Shown here: piece by piece, positions 46,624 to 57,443 of the stretch
Layout: every line of letters starts with the position of its first letter
Position numbering within the stretch: the stretch's first letter is position 1
From: a virus
Length of the DNA stretch: 64,000 nucleotides
Strand: one strand, 5' to 3'
Virus record (IMG/VR): IMGVR_UViG_3300043397_000067
Span: 1-64,000 of that record
Program-made: the position numbers and the translations under genes
Notes under the pieces: generated by a model
Seen by the model: only the letters and a program-made list of their open reading frames with translations
Databases searched by the model: none
Told to the model about the DNA's origin: nothing

Positions 46624-47838
46624 TTAAACAACTGCTACACCGATACGATCAATGAAGATCAGCTTACGGAGAGCTGATACTGCATTGCCGGTATCAGACA
46701 ATGCAGTAATTTCAACATCGACCATCTGGTCTTTATCCTTAGCGTCGCTGTTGGACTTGTACGTAGCAAGGTTTCCAACAGGCACCGTGAAGATGTAGCC
46801 GTTACCAGCAGCATCTGTGGAGCTAAAGATAACGCTGGTGTTGGCGTTAGTGCGGAACTTGGTAAACAAGCTCTTGTCAGCGAAGTACAGGCTCATGTTG
46901 AGCTTGCAGTCGATGGTGCCAGAACCAATACCAACGCTACCCAGAGTACCGATGCCGTCTTGGTTACGAAGACCGTTATCAAAGGACAGGTCCACAGACT
47001 TGACAAACGTGCCGGTCAAAGGAACGCCATCGAGCCAGATAGCATTGGTAGCACCACCGACACCAGAGTGAATGTCATAGGTAGGTGCAGCAATGGGACT
47101 GCCCGGCATCACAGTGGTGTTGGACTCAATACCAGCTTTGCCCATGAAGTCAAAGGTGACTTCCGTGAGAGAGCCGGAAGCAACTTTCAGGCCCATCTTG
47201 CTAGGGGTTTGGCCGGTGTAGGCCACAAACACACCAATGTCTGGGTTCTCACGCTCAATGGTCCAGCTAGTCTGGGTCGTGCCATGCGTCAGTCGTGCAG
47301 TCTGCACCTGAATGGATTCACCAGCCGACACCACAGCAGGAGTATTGGTGTCAAGGGTGATAACCGTAGTCGTAGGAGCCGTGACGGTGCTGACACGCAG
47401 AATCTTGCCGTTGTTAGCGCCAGCACTGGTAATACGGAACCACTGACCTTTTTGCAGGTTAGTGAATATGCTGCTACCAGAAGTGGCAGACGTAGCCGTA
47501 ATAGCAGTAGTAGAGATGCTGGTAGTAGGAGTAGCTACACCAACGCCATCAGTACCAAACTCGGTAAAGGTAGATTGCAGGGTAGACTCCAAGAAAGGCT
47601 CTACACCCGCGTAGTGCATTTCTTGAGTAACGCCACCGTTAGCAGTAGCACCAACAGGTACCTTGCTAGAAATAGTACGGGTGCCGTTAATTTCCTTGGA
47701 TGCTTCCTTGGAGATGGCGTAATCAAGGCTTTCACCCGTGATACGCAGGGCGCTGGAGTTACCTGCTACTGGGGTAACGCCAAACGTGGATTCTTTGATT
47801 GCGCGTACAACGGCAAGGCTGGATGATGCAAAAGGCAT
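46624..47838 (-). CDS. Major tail tube protein
   Basis: ESTFGVTP...LRITGESL...SKEI N-terminus; position; host-like codons. Confidence 0.85.
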   Translation of the reverse strand: MPFASSSLAVVRAIKESTFGVTPVAGNSSALRITGESLDYAISKEASKEINGTRTISSKVPVGATANGGVTQEMHYAGVEPFLESTLQSTFTEFGTDGVGVATPTTSISTTAITATSATSGSSIFTNLQKGQWFRITSAGANNGKILRVSTVTAPTTTVITLDTNTPAVVSAGESIQVQTARLTHGTTQTSWTIERENPDIGVFVAYTGQTPSKMGLKVASGSLTEVTFDFMGKAGIESNTTVMPGSPIAAPTYDIHSGVGGATNAIWLDGVPLTGTFVKSVDLSFDNGLRNQDGIGTLGSVGIGSGTIDCKLNMSLYFADKSLFTKFRTNANTSVIFSSTDAAGNGYIFTVPVGNLATYKSNSDAKDKDQMVDVEITALSDTGNAVSALRKLIFIDRIGVAVV

Positions 47839-47932
47839 AAGTTGCTCCGGTTAGATTGACTTTGCTGGAGTCTATAGGCGTAGGTACCGAATAGACCTTA
47901 CACTACTATTTTCTGGATAACAAACCTTACCA

Positions 47933-48346
47933 TTAGTAGGTCTTGTCGCACCAGAAGGGCACTATCACTTGGTACTCAACCCTATTCTTGTCAGGATGGG
48001 CACCTCCCATCATGGCCATATAGGTTCTAACAGAGCCAAGTGTTTTTCTCTGTAAGCGTTCATAGAAGTGACTCAGTAGGGCATTAGCCTTGGCAGAGCC
48101 CTCTCCCTCTCGGACAGAAGCCCCAAGCAGTATCTGCCCCATAATTCGGTGTACCGGATTATCGGATATATCAGCTTGGTAACCATCAATAAGGTTTACT
48201 TTGACGCATAAGAATGGGTCAGTAAGTTCATACCTAGACTCAAGTACTCGGTTGTCATACTCAATGCTAAGCGCCCAAGCTGTAAAACTTGGGGCAGCAG
48301 CTACTACAGCAGTAGTAATGTCTTGTCTGATTGAATCAAGGCTCAT
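47933..48346 (-). CDS. Putative tail terminator
   Basis: Position upstream of the tube; YDN...G.G...A...V.VPF pattern. Confidence 0.65.
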   Translation of the reverse strand: MSLDSIRQDITTAVVAAAPSFTAWALSIEYDNRVLESRYELTDPFLCVKVNLIDGYQADISDNPVHRIMGQILLGASVREGEGSAKANALLSHFYERLQRKTLGSVRTYMAMMGGAHPDKNRVEYQVIVPFWCDKTY

Positions 48347-48846
48347 TTTGCATACCCGAATTTAGTTTTAATAGCAGCCGCTACTGCAGGTATCCCACCA
48401 GCCCTTATATTAGCTTCTCTTATCTTAACAAGGCCAGCTTCCATTGCTTCTGCTATGGGCTTAGTATTAACAAGCAGTACCTTACTGTTCCACTTTATAT
48501 TAGCAATGATTTCTTTATTATAGTCCACCCGCGGCTTAAATATTGGGTCTCCGGCTACTTTAGGTTTAACCTGTTCACCAACGTAACCGTATGAGCCAGT
48601 CTTACCAAAGCTAGCATCATGTCTTGCTCTATCAGGTATCTTAGAGTAAGCTGGATTTTTATACCCAGTTATCTCTACATACCAGTTAGCAGCAAGATCG
48701 CCTGTATACTGAGGAGTAACCCTCCAAGCGTACTCAAGTACTTTAAGCGTATGCATTTGAACATACTTAGTCGCAGACCTCGTTATTTTATTTTTAGCAG
48801 CCTGCGTCTTATCTTTCCACCTGTTTACATTACCAGTTACTATCAT
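48343..48846 (-). CDS. Putative tail completion/neck protein (HK97 gp10-like)
   Basis: TPQYTGDLAANW motif. Confidence 0.65.
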   Translation of the reverse strand: MIVTGNVNRWKDKTQAAKNKITRSATKYVQMHTLKVLEYAWRVTPQYTGDLAANWYVEITGYKNPAYSKIPDRARHDASFGKTGSYGYVGEQVKPKVAGDPIFKPRVDYNKEIIANIKWNSKVLLVNTKPIAEAMEAGLVKIREANIRAGGIPAVAAAIKTKFGYAK

Positions 48847-49682
48847 AGGCGTGTAAGATTATGTGCCCAAGCATCAAGGTCTTGGTTTACTGAACTCACT
48901 CTATAAATCTTGCCACTAACTGTAATAGTTCTTCCTGTTGGTACTTCCACGGGCAGAATTAGCGTAATATCTGCAGCATTAACTTTTGGTTCAGCTTGGT
49001 TGTTATAGTTATACAACTTGTACGCATCAAGCTTTATACCGTTATAGTTACCTGACGTAGTGGTATAAGTATCTGTTACTGGGTTATAAGTTTTCACAGT
49101 ATCTACTGAAACTGCTACTATGCTCTCATTAGGGCTATCATCAAGTTCATCACAGCCTGCAAGCATCAAGCCTTCAAGTTCCAGGTGTAAGCCTCTTACT
49201 CTAGTCAACTTATTCTCAAAGCTTATGAAGTAGCCCCGACTTACTACTTCGTTACCAGAATAGAAAATATTCCAGAACGGGTCGTACTGTGAGTTAGTGA
49301 TACCATTTACGGTATCCTTAAGGTACTGCTTGTGTGTATGTACTGTAGTGCCAGAGTCCCCATTACATACCTGCAGCGGTGTCCTGAACTGCGCTACATC
49401 AGTTACCTTCTTAATCCAGTAGTTCTTGCGAATAGGCTCACCAAAGATAGAGTCTGTGAGGCCATCGCCTACAAGCCAGTTCTCACCTTCAATCCTAATA
49501 GACCTGCGCGCGGGTATAGAAAAGCTTGGGTCTAGCGACAGAATACGACGCTTAGATGTAGTTCCGTCTGGTGAACCCTCGTCGTAAGTACTATACTGCC
49601 CATTAAACAAAAAGGCGTTAGTGTACCCATTGTATATGGGTACATCATCAAACCACCTTGCTGCTTGAAATAGATCAGCCAT
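48843..49682 (-). CDS. Putative head closure/neck protein
   Basis: Position in the head-tail joining block. Confidence 0.55.
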   Translation of the reverse strand: MADLFQAARWFDDVPIYNGYTNAFLFNGQYSTYDEGSPDGTTSKRRILSLDPSFSIPARRSIRIEGENWLVGDGLTDSIFGEPIRKNYWIKKVTDVAQFRTPLQVCNGDSGTTVHTHKQYLKDTVNGITNSQYDPFWNIFYSGNEVVSRGYFISFENKLTRVRGLHLELEGLMLAGCDELDDSPNESIVAVSVDTVKTYNPVTDTYTTTSGNYNGIKLDAYKLYNYNNQAEPKVNAADITLILPVEVPTGRTITVSGKIYRVSSVNQDLDAWAHNLTRL

Positions 49683-50163
49683 TTGTAACAGGGTCCGTTC
49701 CAAGGGTGGCTGCAAGGGCTGTGACCAGCGTGACGCGGGTTACCCCTGCTGCAGCGGGTTCTGCGCTTGCGTAAGCCGCCAAGAGCCTGTAGCGCAGCGA
49801 CGTAAGAGCAGCATCCACGCCATCCCTTACGTCTGCAAAAATATCCGTTTGTCGCTGAAATTCTGCCCTGCCGTCAGTGATACGCTGTACGGAAAACATG
49901 GGCAAAGAAGTGAGAAGCTCTTTGGCTATTGCATATGCAGCATACAGCTTAGTCACTTTTAAGAACCTAGTTTGCACATCTGTAGGAGACGGCAAAGCAG
50001 TGATCTCAGCGAACTTAGCTGGTATGTTAACGTCTACATCCTCAAGCTTTAGATCAACCAGTATGTCATACATGGGTTGAGTAAGCGCTGCGTCTGAAAG
50101 CTCCTTAGAGGATACCCCAAGTATAGCCCTCAGTTCGTCATGTGTGGTGTAGGTCGTAAGCAT
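49675..50163 (-). CDS. Putative head-tail adaptor
   Basis: YTT.DELRAILGV...ELSD N-terminus; position. Confidence 0.65.
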   Translation of the reverse strand: MLTTYTTHDELRAILGVSSKELSDAALTQPMYDILVDLKLEDVDVNIPAKFAEITALPSPTDVQTRFLKVTKLYAAYAIAKELLTSLPMFSVQRITDGRAEFQRQTDIFADVRDGVDAALTSLRYRLLAAYASAEPAAAGVTRVTLVTALAATLGTDPVTNG

Positions 50164-50204
50164 CCAGCGATGATAGACCTATCGGGTTTTACCCGATATA
50201 GAAC

Positions 50205-50396
50205 TTACTTCTTTTTGGAGTCTTTGGTAGGCTCAGTAGGCGCTTCGGCCTTGATGGTGGGCTGTCCTTCAATCCATGCGTTCGATTTAACCTTCACAGG
50301 CTCTCCCGGATTGAATACGTGACCGCTGATAGGGTCAGCAAACGCAAAGTTGCCGGTATTGGTGTGAACAATGCCGTCTTCATCAATGATTTTCAT
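50205..50396 (-). CDS. Small hypothetical protein after the capsid gene
   Basis: RBS GAGGA before the ATG at 50396. Confidence 0.6.
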   Translation of the reverse strand: MKIIDEDGIVHTNTGNFAFADPISGHVFNPGEPVKVKSNAWIEGQPTIKAEAPTEPTKDSKKK

Positions 50397-50501
50397 AGAT
50401 TCCTCAGTTTGTGGAGCCCCGGATTTTACCCAAGGAAGGATGCAATTTTCGTGTACACTATGCGCCAGTTTATAAATTCTTACCAATGAATAGGTGACCT
50501 A

Positions 50502-52145
50502 GTGAACAAGTTTGAGGAATTCGTAGCAAAGGCTGGCCCAGTCCATGAGGGTAAGTACACATACTTATCTATAGGTACTGGAAAACGTAGAAAGATAGTT
50601 TATCAGTGTTCTACTCACGGAGTCAAGGAGCAGGACGCTACAGCACACCTAAGAGGTGCTGGATGTGTGGACTGTTCCTATGAGCTTAGAGCCGCTAATA
50701 AAAAACTAACGCTAGAGCAGGCTATTAAAAGGATAGGGTCAAAACATAATAATAAGTACAGTTACTTAAGAATTGGCACTAACTCAGCCAATAAGTCCAC
50801 TGTAGTGTATGTATGTAATAAACATGGAGAGCAAGAGCAGTCCCTAAATGACCACGCTAACGGACACTCATGCTGTGGCTACGATACTTTAAAAGTAAGT
50901 AACTCTGATAGGTATGAGGACTACTTAGCTAAAGCTATTAAAATCCATGGCAATAAATACACGTATAAACCGTCTGATATAGAAGGTTACTTTTTAATCA
51001 CATGCCCTACACATGGAGAGTTTCATAAGAGATTTACAAGCCATGTACACTCCGAAGAAGGGTGTAAGAATTGTGCTTATGAAGCCTTCGGTAAGTCCAT
51101 AAGGTACGACTTTGAAGACTACTGCAGTAGAGCATCTACAGCTCATAATAATAGATATACATATACTGAACTTATATACGGTAAAGGTCGTACACTTATA
51201 AGAGCTGTATGTAGAGAACACGGAGAATTCATACAGAATGCTAAAGACCACTTATCTAAGCTGACTAACTGCCCTAAGTGCAGTAATAGCGGTGTGTCTG
51301 CACCTTCTATAGAGTTATCTGAATACTTAAGCCAGTTCGGTTTAGTAGAGAGTGAATATAGAGTAGAGGGTTGCAGGTTAAGATGGGATATAAAATATAG
51401 TAATACTTTAATAGAGTACGACGGCCTATACTGGCATTCGTCACAGCATAAGAGTAACGCGTACCATAGCGAAAAAAGACGCTTAGCAGAGTCGTCAGGA
51501 TTTAGTCAAATAAATATATTTAGTGATGAGTGGACTAATAAGAAAGCTTTAGTAAAGCGGCTGTTGCTTAATAGGCTTGGATTATCAACAGAGTCTACAG
51601 TCTATGCTAGAAATACTGTAGTATGTATTGTAGATTCAAAAAAAGCTAGTGAGTTCCTAGACTTATACCATATACAGGGCTATAAAAAATCTAGTCACTA
51701 TGTTGGATTAGTATATAGTGGAGAAGTAATAGCTATAATAGGCTATGAAATGCGTGAGTCTGGCAGAGGTAAAACAACGTCTAGCAGCCACATGGAAATT
51801 ACCCGGTACACAACAAGCTGTTCTGTACCGGGTGGGTTCAGTAAATTACTTAGCTTCCTTATAAAGAATAGCCCCGACTTAGTTGAGGTATATACATTCT
51901 CAGATAAAAGGCTATTTTCTGGTACGTTATACGAACGCTGTGGGTTCAAAAAAGTAGCCACTGTAAGACCTAGCTACTTCTACACTGATGGGGTTAGTAG
52001 GTATGACAAGTCTTCATACCAAAAAAGTAAGTTAGCTACTATGACCAACAAAGTTGGCACTGAGGAAGAAATGGCTGCTTCTCTTGGGCTATACAGGGTT
52101 TATGACTGCGGTAAAGTGAAGTGGTCTAAGCGAATCAGCAAATAA
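50502..52145 (+). mobile_element. Free-standing homing-endonuclease-like gene (Zn-finger repeats, Vsr/PD-(D/E)xK-like nuclease, Mom/GNAT-like C-terminus)
   Basis: Four CxxHG...H...CxxC-type repeats; IEYDGLYWH; HIQG...EITRY...GGFSKLL...FSD.R..G.LY...GF; AT-rich; antisense to neighbours. Confidence 0.8.
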
Positions 52146-52172
52146 ATAAGGGACCCTAGGGTCCCTTATTTA
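52143..52172. terminator. Bidirectional terminator
   Basis: Perfect 30-bp palindrome TAAATAAGGGACC-CTAG-GGTCCCTTATTTA between convergent genes. Confidence 0.85.
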
Positions 52173-52189
52173 CTCAATGAACATTATGT

Positions 52190-53407
52190 TCAGGAGATGG
52201 TAAGCGCGTCAAACGGCTTCAAGTCGGTATCGCCCATCGTGCGGTAGACTTCCTCAGACCACTGCATCGTCATAGCTTCGCTGCGACGCAGAACGAAGGC
52301 TTCCGAAGCCGTGTAGTTAGCAGACACGTTCTGCACACGGGTGATAGCGTAACGGCTATCAACAGCGTACACAGTGTTTGCAGGCACTGGACCACCGTCG
52401 GTAGCTGCATCCGTGATGAACCACACCACATCGTTACCAAAGCCGACATTTGCAGCACGGGCTTGTGGGTCAATACGAGCCAAGGTTGGGTCGTAGTTGG
52501 TAGTACCGGGGCGACCGGTACGGCTTTCAACCTTCAGGTACGTGTCAATGTCGCCCATTACGTGAGTAACGGTACGGAACTTGCGGTTACGGGCAAGGAA
52601 CTTGACCCAAGCTTTGTGGGTGAGCACACCGCCAGTAGCAGCAGCATCCAAGCTGGTAGAAGTCACAGCAGACACAGCACCCACGATCAGGTCACTGTTA
52701 CCAGTGAATAGATCAGCAATGTACTGGTACACGCGACCATCTTTTTCCACTTCCAGATAGCGGCCCATCGTCAGGGCAACCATGTCCAGAGTAGAGGCGC
52801 GCAGAGCCTGCTGAGAGAACTCAAGCTGGATACCGTAGGTAGGCAGCTTGCGGATACGGTCGGAGGTGCCGAAGCGCATGATGGTCGGGGCTTCTGCAAA
52901 CTGAGCGATACGCTGAGCGCGGGCTTGCTCAGGACCGTTCAGGGTGCCGTAGCTGATAACGGGCTGCTCGAAGTTTTCGTTAGCAATGGACAGCTCTTGG
53001 CCAACCATGCCGTTGAAAACGTTGCCGTCCGTAGTACGGTCTTTCATCATCTTGTCTTCGACAAGTTGAATCAGAGCAGCAGGGAACAGGGTACGAGAAG
53101 CGCTACCGAAAGGCGTACCGGAATCACGAGCGTTACCGGCAGCTTCAAAGCCGCTAGAACCGTCCAAGATTTCAGCCACCGTCTTGTCACGCAGACCAAA
53201 AGCGTTGTCACCGGCGACCGACAGGCCTTCCGAAGCAAACAACTGCTGCGCGGCAGTACCGAGCTTAGCGTCAAAGTCGCTGAACTCACGGTTGATATAG
53301 GCTGCAACGCTCAGATTGGCGCGTTGAGCGTTCTGGTACATCTCAGCGCCAAGGCGCTCAGGTGCTACGTGCTGGATAACGCCAGCGGTGTCTTGGTAGA
53401 ATGCCAT
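52190..53407 (-). CDS. Major capsid protein
   Basis: 405 aa after the protease and decoration genes; YGIQLEFSQQAL HK97-like segment; strong RBS; optimised codons. Confidence 0.8.
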   Translation of the reverse strand: MAFYQDTAGVIQHVAPERLGAEMYQNAQRANLSVAAYINREFSDFDAKLGTAAQQLFASEGLSVAGDNAFGLRDKTVAEILDGSSGFEAAGNARDSGTPFGSASRTLFPAALIQLVEDKMMKDRTTDGNVFNGMVGQELSIANENFEQPVISYGTLNGPEQARAQRIAQFAEAPTIMRFGTSDRIRKLPTYGIQLEFSQQALRASTLDMVALTMGRYLEVEKDGRVYQYIADLFTGNSDLIVGAVSAVTSTSLDAAATGGVLTHKAWVKFLARNRKFRTVTHVMGDIDTYLKVESRTGRPGTTNYDPTLARIDPQARAANVGFGNDVVWFITDAATDGGPVPANTVYAVDSRYAITRVQNVSANYTASEAFVLRRSEAMTMQWSEEVYRTMGDTDLKPFDALTIS

Positions 53408-53437
53408 TTTGTGAACTCCTTATTTGTGTGTAGTGGA

Positions 53438-53911
53438 TTAGCAGACTTCCATGATAACACCGGAAGTACCAACGGCACCAGTACCGGCAGTACCAAGCGA
53501 AACCACGCGCCACTTGTAGACGATGCCCGTAGCTGCAGCCGTAGCTTTGCAAACCTTGGGATACACAGTCATTGCCGTATTACGAGCAACTGGAGTACCA
53601 GTAACCACATAATCACCCACAGCGATGGTGCCAGTGCCGGGCGTAGCTTGCAGACCATCAAAGGTCACATCAAGGATGCCTTCACAGATAACGCCACCGA
53701 TGGAGAAGCCGTTTTGCGTAGCCGGTTCCACGGAAGTGATAACGGCTTCGATTTCATTGCCTACTGCACAGAGGTCATACTGACTCTCAGCGGCCAGCTT
53801 GACAAACTTGCCAGCATCATTTTCGCTGTAGTTGACACCTTGAGCGCCAAGACGAACGGTGATAGCCGTGTCCTGTACACCCTGAGGGCGGATATAGTGT
53901 TGACGTGCCAT
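53438..53911 (-). CDS. Head decoration/cement protein
   Basis: Between protease and capsid; GKFVKL....YDLC..G..IE...AVGDYVV. Confidence 0.7.
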   Translation of the reverse strand: MARQHYIRPQGVQDTAITVRLGAQGVNYSENDAGKFVKLAAESQYDLCAVGNEIEAVITSVEPATQNGFSIGGVICEGILDVTFDGLQATPGTGTIAVGDYVVTGTPVARNTAMTVYPKVCKATAAATGIVYKWRVVSLGTAGTGAVGTSGVIMEVC

Positions 53912-53937
53912 GTTAGTGACTCCTTAGAAATGGCGGG

Positions 53938-55383
53938 TTATTTAGAGACAAGTGCTGCAAACATGGGACTCACCCGAGCCGTAGGCTTAGGTGCGTCCTC
54001 ACTAGCGGCGGTTGCAGCGACCCCGCCCACTTTCATTTTCTTACGGTACTCAACAGACAGCCGTGCATGCTCTGCAAGCACTTCCGATGCAGACATAGTA
54101 GCCGTGTCAACAGTCTGGTTGAGTGGAACACTCATGTTCTTCACAGACACTCGAACAATATCAAGGGCAGCATTAAGTTGCACCTTGTTAGCGTCCAGCT
54201 CTGCCTTAGCAGCTATGGCTTCTGCAGTAGCAGCGGCAGCAGCCACATTAGCATCCGACACCATCTTCTGCAGAACAGTCAGTGTATCAGCGCCGCTTTC
54301 AGCAGCCGCAGGTACGACAGTAGCAGTAGTTTCGGTAGTACTGGCAGTAGCTTCCGTAGCTTCTTTATCTTCTGCATCAAGGTCAACACCAGCAGCAAGT
54401 GCTTCAAGGTGTTCCTGTGAGAGTGGTTTTGGCATTGGTGTTCCTTGCGAATTGGGCGAATTATCTGCCAAAACATCAGTACCGGGAAGCGTAGATGCTT
54501 GAACTGTGCCACTATTGGAAGATTCAGCTTTGAAATTAGACGCTTGCGCCCTCGCTTTAGCCTTGTCTGCCAAGGAAGCAGCCTTGGCAAAGGCATCTTC
54601 AAAGGTGCCCACCTTGTCCACAAGGCCCACATCTACGGCTTGCTGCCCAATAAACTCCCGGCCTTGACCAAACTTACCATCTGCTACAGACTTAGTAACT
54701 CCACGAGCATCAGCCATATAGCCCAAGAAAATGCTGCTAAGCGTATCGGCTTGAGCCTGCAACTGGTCCTTGGCTTTCTGGCTAAGTGGCTCAACTGCTG
54801 TTGCAAGTGCCTTGCTGTCGCCGGAGCGAATAACTGTAGGCGTAATGCCGTCAGCAGCAAGCTGCTTAGAGCGTTCTACATGAGTAATCATCGTACCAAT
54901 GCTACCAACCAATGAGGTTTCACCGACTACAGAGTAGCGTGCAGATGCACCAATCCACAACGCAGCACTAGCCATGCGCGAACCCGAATAGGTGACAACA
55001 GGCTTTACCTTGTCAACGCGACGAATAAGAGCGGCAGTTTCTGACACACCATCGACTTGGCCACCACCGGACTTTACGTTAAGGAGAATGGAGCCAACTG
55101 AGGGGTCAGTAACGGCCATTGCAAGCGCGTCACGAATGTCACCATACCCAGTAACGCCAAAGTATAGTCCGTAGCCGACATTACCGTCAACTAAAGAGCC
55201 ACTAACCGTGATGATAGCAACCCCATTTTGCTTTTCATACATCATCTTTGCAAGGTCAGGGTTATCTGACAAAGCAGCAACGATCTGGTTTTTCTCCATA
55301 CCAAGGATTTCACCCTTGTTAAGGGCTATAACGGAAGCGTCATAGGAATCCTGAGAACCTAACCAAAGAATTGACTTATACAT
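53938..55383 (-). CDS. Prohead protease (S49/SppA-like) with C-terminal scaffold
   Basis: SGGGQVDG, MASAALWIGA, VGSIG, GLVDKVG; acidic Ala-rich tail. Confidence 0.9.
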   Translation of the reverse strand: MYKSILWLGSQDSYDASVIALNKGEILGMEKNQIVAALSDNPDLAKMMYEKQNGVAIITVSGSLVDGNVGYGLYFGVTGYGDIRDALAMAVTDPSVGSILLNVKSGGGQVDGVSETAALIRRVDKVKPVVTYSGSRMASAALWIGASARYSVVGETSLVGSIGTMITHVERSKQLAADGITPTVIRSGDSKALATAVEPLSQKAKDQLQAQADTLSSIFLGYMADARGVTKSVADGKFGQGREFIGQQAVDVGLVDKVGTFEDAFAKAASLADKAKARAQASNFKAESSNSGTVQASTLPGTDVLADNSPNSQGTPMPKPLSQEHLEALAAGVDLDAEDKEATEATASTTETTATVVPAAAESGADTLTVLQKMVSDANVAAAAATAEAIAAKAELDANKVQLNAALDIVRVSVKNMSVPLNQTVDTATMSASEVLAEHARLSVEYRKKMKVGGVAATAASEDAPKPTARVSPMFAALVSK

Positions 55384-55793
55384 TACAAAAGCTCCATGAG
55401 TATAATGGCAAGTTCTTCATCGGAGATTCCGACCTTACCCTCTGCCACCATTGTACCAATGCTTGACTTGGAAGATACACGCAAAACAGCCAGTCTAGCG
55501 CCTGATTTAACTGTGACATTTCCGATTTTGGTAGTGGTATCTACCGTTACTAGTTCCAGAGCTACACCAACTTTAGCCTCTAGCTTATTTATAGTAGCTT
55601 GAGTAAGTACACCTTCTAGGCGTACATGCTTGGCTACTCTGTTGTATTTTTTGGCTTGGTATGGATTAGCATAAGCACCACCGAATGTCTGGTTTGGTGC
55701 TTCTGGTAACTCTATAGCTATGTAAGTAAAGCCCTGCAATGCAAGTGCCATTACTCCGTAACCTATGCCTTGCAGTGCTATATTAAGGCTCAT
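55383..55793 (-). CDS. Hypothetical virion-module protein
   Basis: IALQG...ALQG N-terminus, SDEELAIILMELL C-terminus; coupled. Confidence 0.6.
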   Translation of the reverse strand: MSLNIALQGIGYGVMALALQGFTYIAIELPEAPNQTFGGAYANPYQAKKYNRVAKHVRLEGVLTQATINKLEAKVGVALELVTVDTTTKIGNVTVKSGARLAVLRVSSKSSIGTMVAEGKVGISDEELAIILMELL

Positions 55794-57430
55794 ACTCTGG
55801 TTACCGTAGTTACATTACCAACTGTATTTATAGTCTGTGTAATAGAGCCCGCTGATCTTGTGTTATTGCTTACTGTAAGATCAGCACCTATACCATGCAG
55901 CATAGCAAGTTCGCTGAGCATTACGGATACGTTAGCATCCGTAAAGCTTGGCTCCTCAAGTGTACTTACAGTAACTATATCTGTCCCTGTAACAGCTTGT
56001 ACCAGCGAGCCTGCCTGCCTTCCAGTAGGGCTTACTACTAATGGGTCGCTGCTAAGGCCGTGAAGCTTGTATATCTTAAATAACTTAAGTATATCTTCTG
56101 TACTAATCAAGTACAGTATCGAGCCGCTACCGGCTACTGGCGTTACCGTGATTGGCCGTAGTGAAGACAAAGCGCCTGCGCCAGCACTCGCCAAACCCTG
56201 AGCAGGCGTAAAGCTGACCTGTGGGCAGGTAGCTACTCCAGTAGCATTTACTGTAGCATAACCGTTAGGCGTAGCTATATTTATGCTTGAGCAAGCTGTA
56301 GTAGCAGTAGCGTCTACTCTTGCTATAGCATTTGGTGCAGCAAGCTGCACAGCTTGATTACTAGCGGATACAGTAGCACTTCCGCTAGCACTAGCTGTTG
56401 GTGCTTGTAAATTCACCAGGGCTACTGCACCAGAACCCGTAGCTTCATTAGTAAAGTAACCACTTCCCTGTACTGGGGTTGTAGTTACTACAGGCGTTGA
56501 CCCGCTAGCTACTGCACTACCAGAACTGTTAGCTACTGGAGCGGCTATAACTACTACAGAGTTAGTGGTACTAGCTACTGCACTGCCTGAGCCAGTAACA
56601 GTAGTAGCAACTACAGATACCGATGCTAAGCTTGCGCTAGCTGCTGCGCTACCGTTAGCTGATACTGTTTCTGCCGTAACAGATACTGGGGCTACAGTTA
56701 CAGAACCAAGTCCAGAGCCGTTGGCACTTGCTGTGGGTGCGGCAAGTATTGCCGTTGGCAAAGACGCACTAATAAGTCCCGAGCCGTTTGCGCTAGCTGC
56801 TGGAGCAGTAACAACCGCTGCTGCGGGTGCAGTGCTTGCTGATGCAGTACCGGTAGCTGAACCAGCCACAGGTGTAAGGTTTATTACAGTGCTTGCAGCA
56901 GACGCAGTAACAGATACGTTGCCAGTAGCGGCAGGAGCTACTATAGATACGCTAGCAAGTGCAGCACTCGCTGTATTGGAAACTGTAGCAGCACCGGATA
57001 CCGATGAAATAGATACAGCAGATATGGAACCACTACCAGTAGCGTTAGAATTAGCTACTCCAGTACCATTTGGCGCTACTACTGTTACAACACTATTAGC
57101 AGCAGAACCTACCGCAGAACCACTACCAGTACCGGTAGTAGGGGTAGCCGATAATGGATTAATGGTAGCAGAAGCAACCCCTGAACCATTTGCAGTAGCA
57201 GCAGGAACTACTACAGTCGCAGGTGAAACTACAGAGCTACCAACTGCTGTGCCAGAAGCAGTACCAGCAAGTGCTACAACAGATAAACCGCTGACTACAC
57301 TGCTAGCAGACGCACTGCCACTACCGCTGCCAGTAGCAAATACTAAGCTGATAGCGGAAAGTGAGCCACTACCCGTGGCATCTACTCCACCGCCACCGCC
57401 TACGGCTGTAAGGGCTAGTAGCAGTGACAT
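55790..57430 (-). CDS. Ala/Ser/Thr/Val-rich repetitive stalk-like protein
   Basis: ~26-aa A.GSG.AS.....V.V.AP repeats; duplicated LHG....L.VS...R.AGS..Q C-terminal unit. Confidence 0.7.
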   Translation of the reverse strand: MSLLLALTAVGGGGGVDATGSGSLSAISLVFATGSGSGSASASSVVSGLSVVALAGTASGTAVGSSVVSPATVVVPAATANGSGVASATINPLSATPTTGTGSGSAVGSAANSVVTVVAPNGTGVANSNATGSGSISAVSISSVSGAATVSNTASAALASVSIVAPAATGNVSVTASAASTVINLTPVAGSATGTASASTAPAAAVVTAPAASANGSGLISASLPTAILAAPTASANGSGLGSVTVAPVSVTAETVSANGSAAASASLASVSVVATTVTGSGSAVASTTNSVVVIAAPVANSSGSAVASGSTPVVTTTPVQGSGYFTNEATGSGAVALVNLQAPTASASGSATVSASNQAVQLAAPNAIARVDATATTACSSINIATPNGYATVNATGVATCPQVSFTPAQGLASAGAGALSSLRPITVTPVAGSGSILYLISTEDILKLFKIYKLHGLSSDPLVVSPTGRQAGSLVQAVTGTDIVTVSTLEEPSFTDANVSVMLSELAMLHGIGADLTVSNNTRSAGSITQTINTVGNVTTVTRV

Positions 57431-57443
57431 TTACTCTCCGTGT

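Noticed and set aside
52925-54502. 525-aa + strand ORF
   Set aside because: Antisense to the capsid, decoration and protease genes; biased codons suppress stops; no motifs
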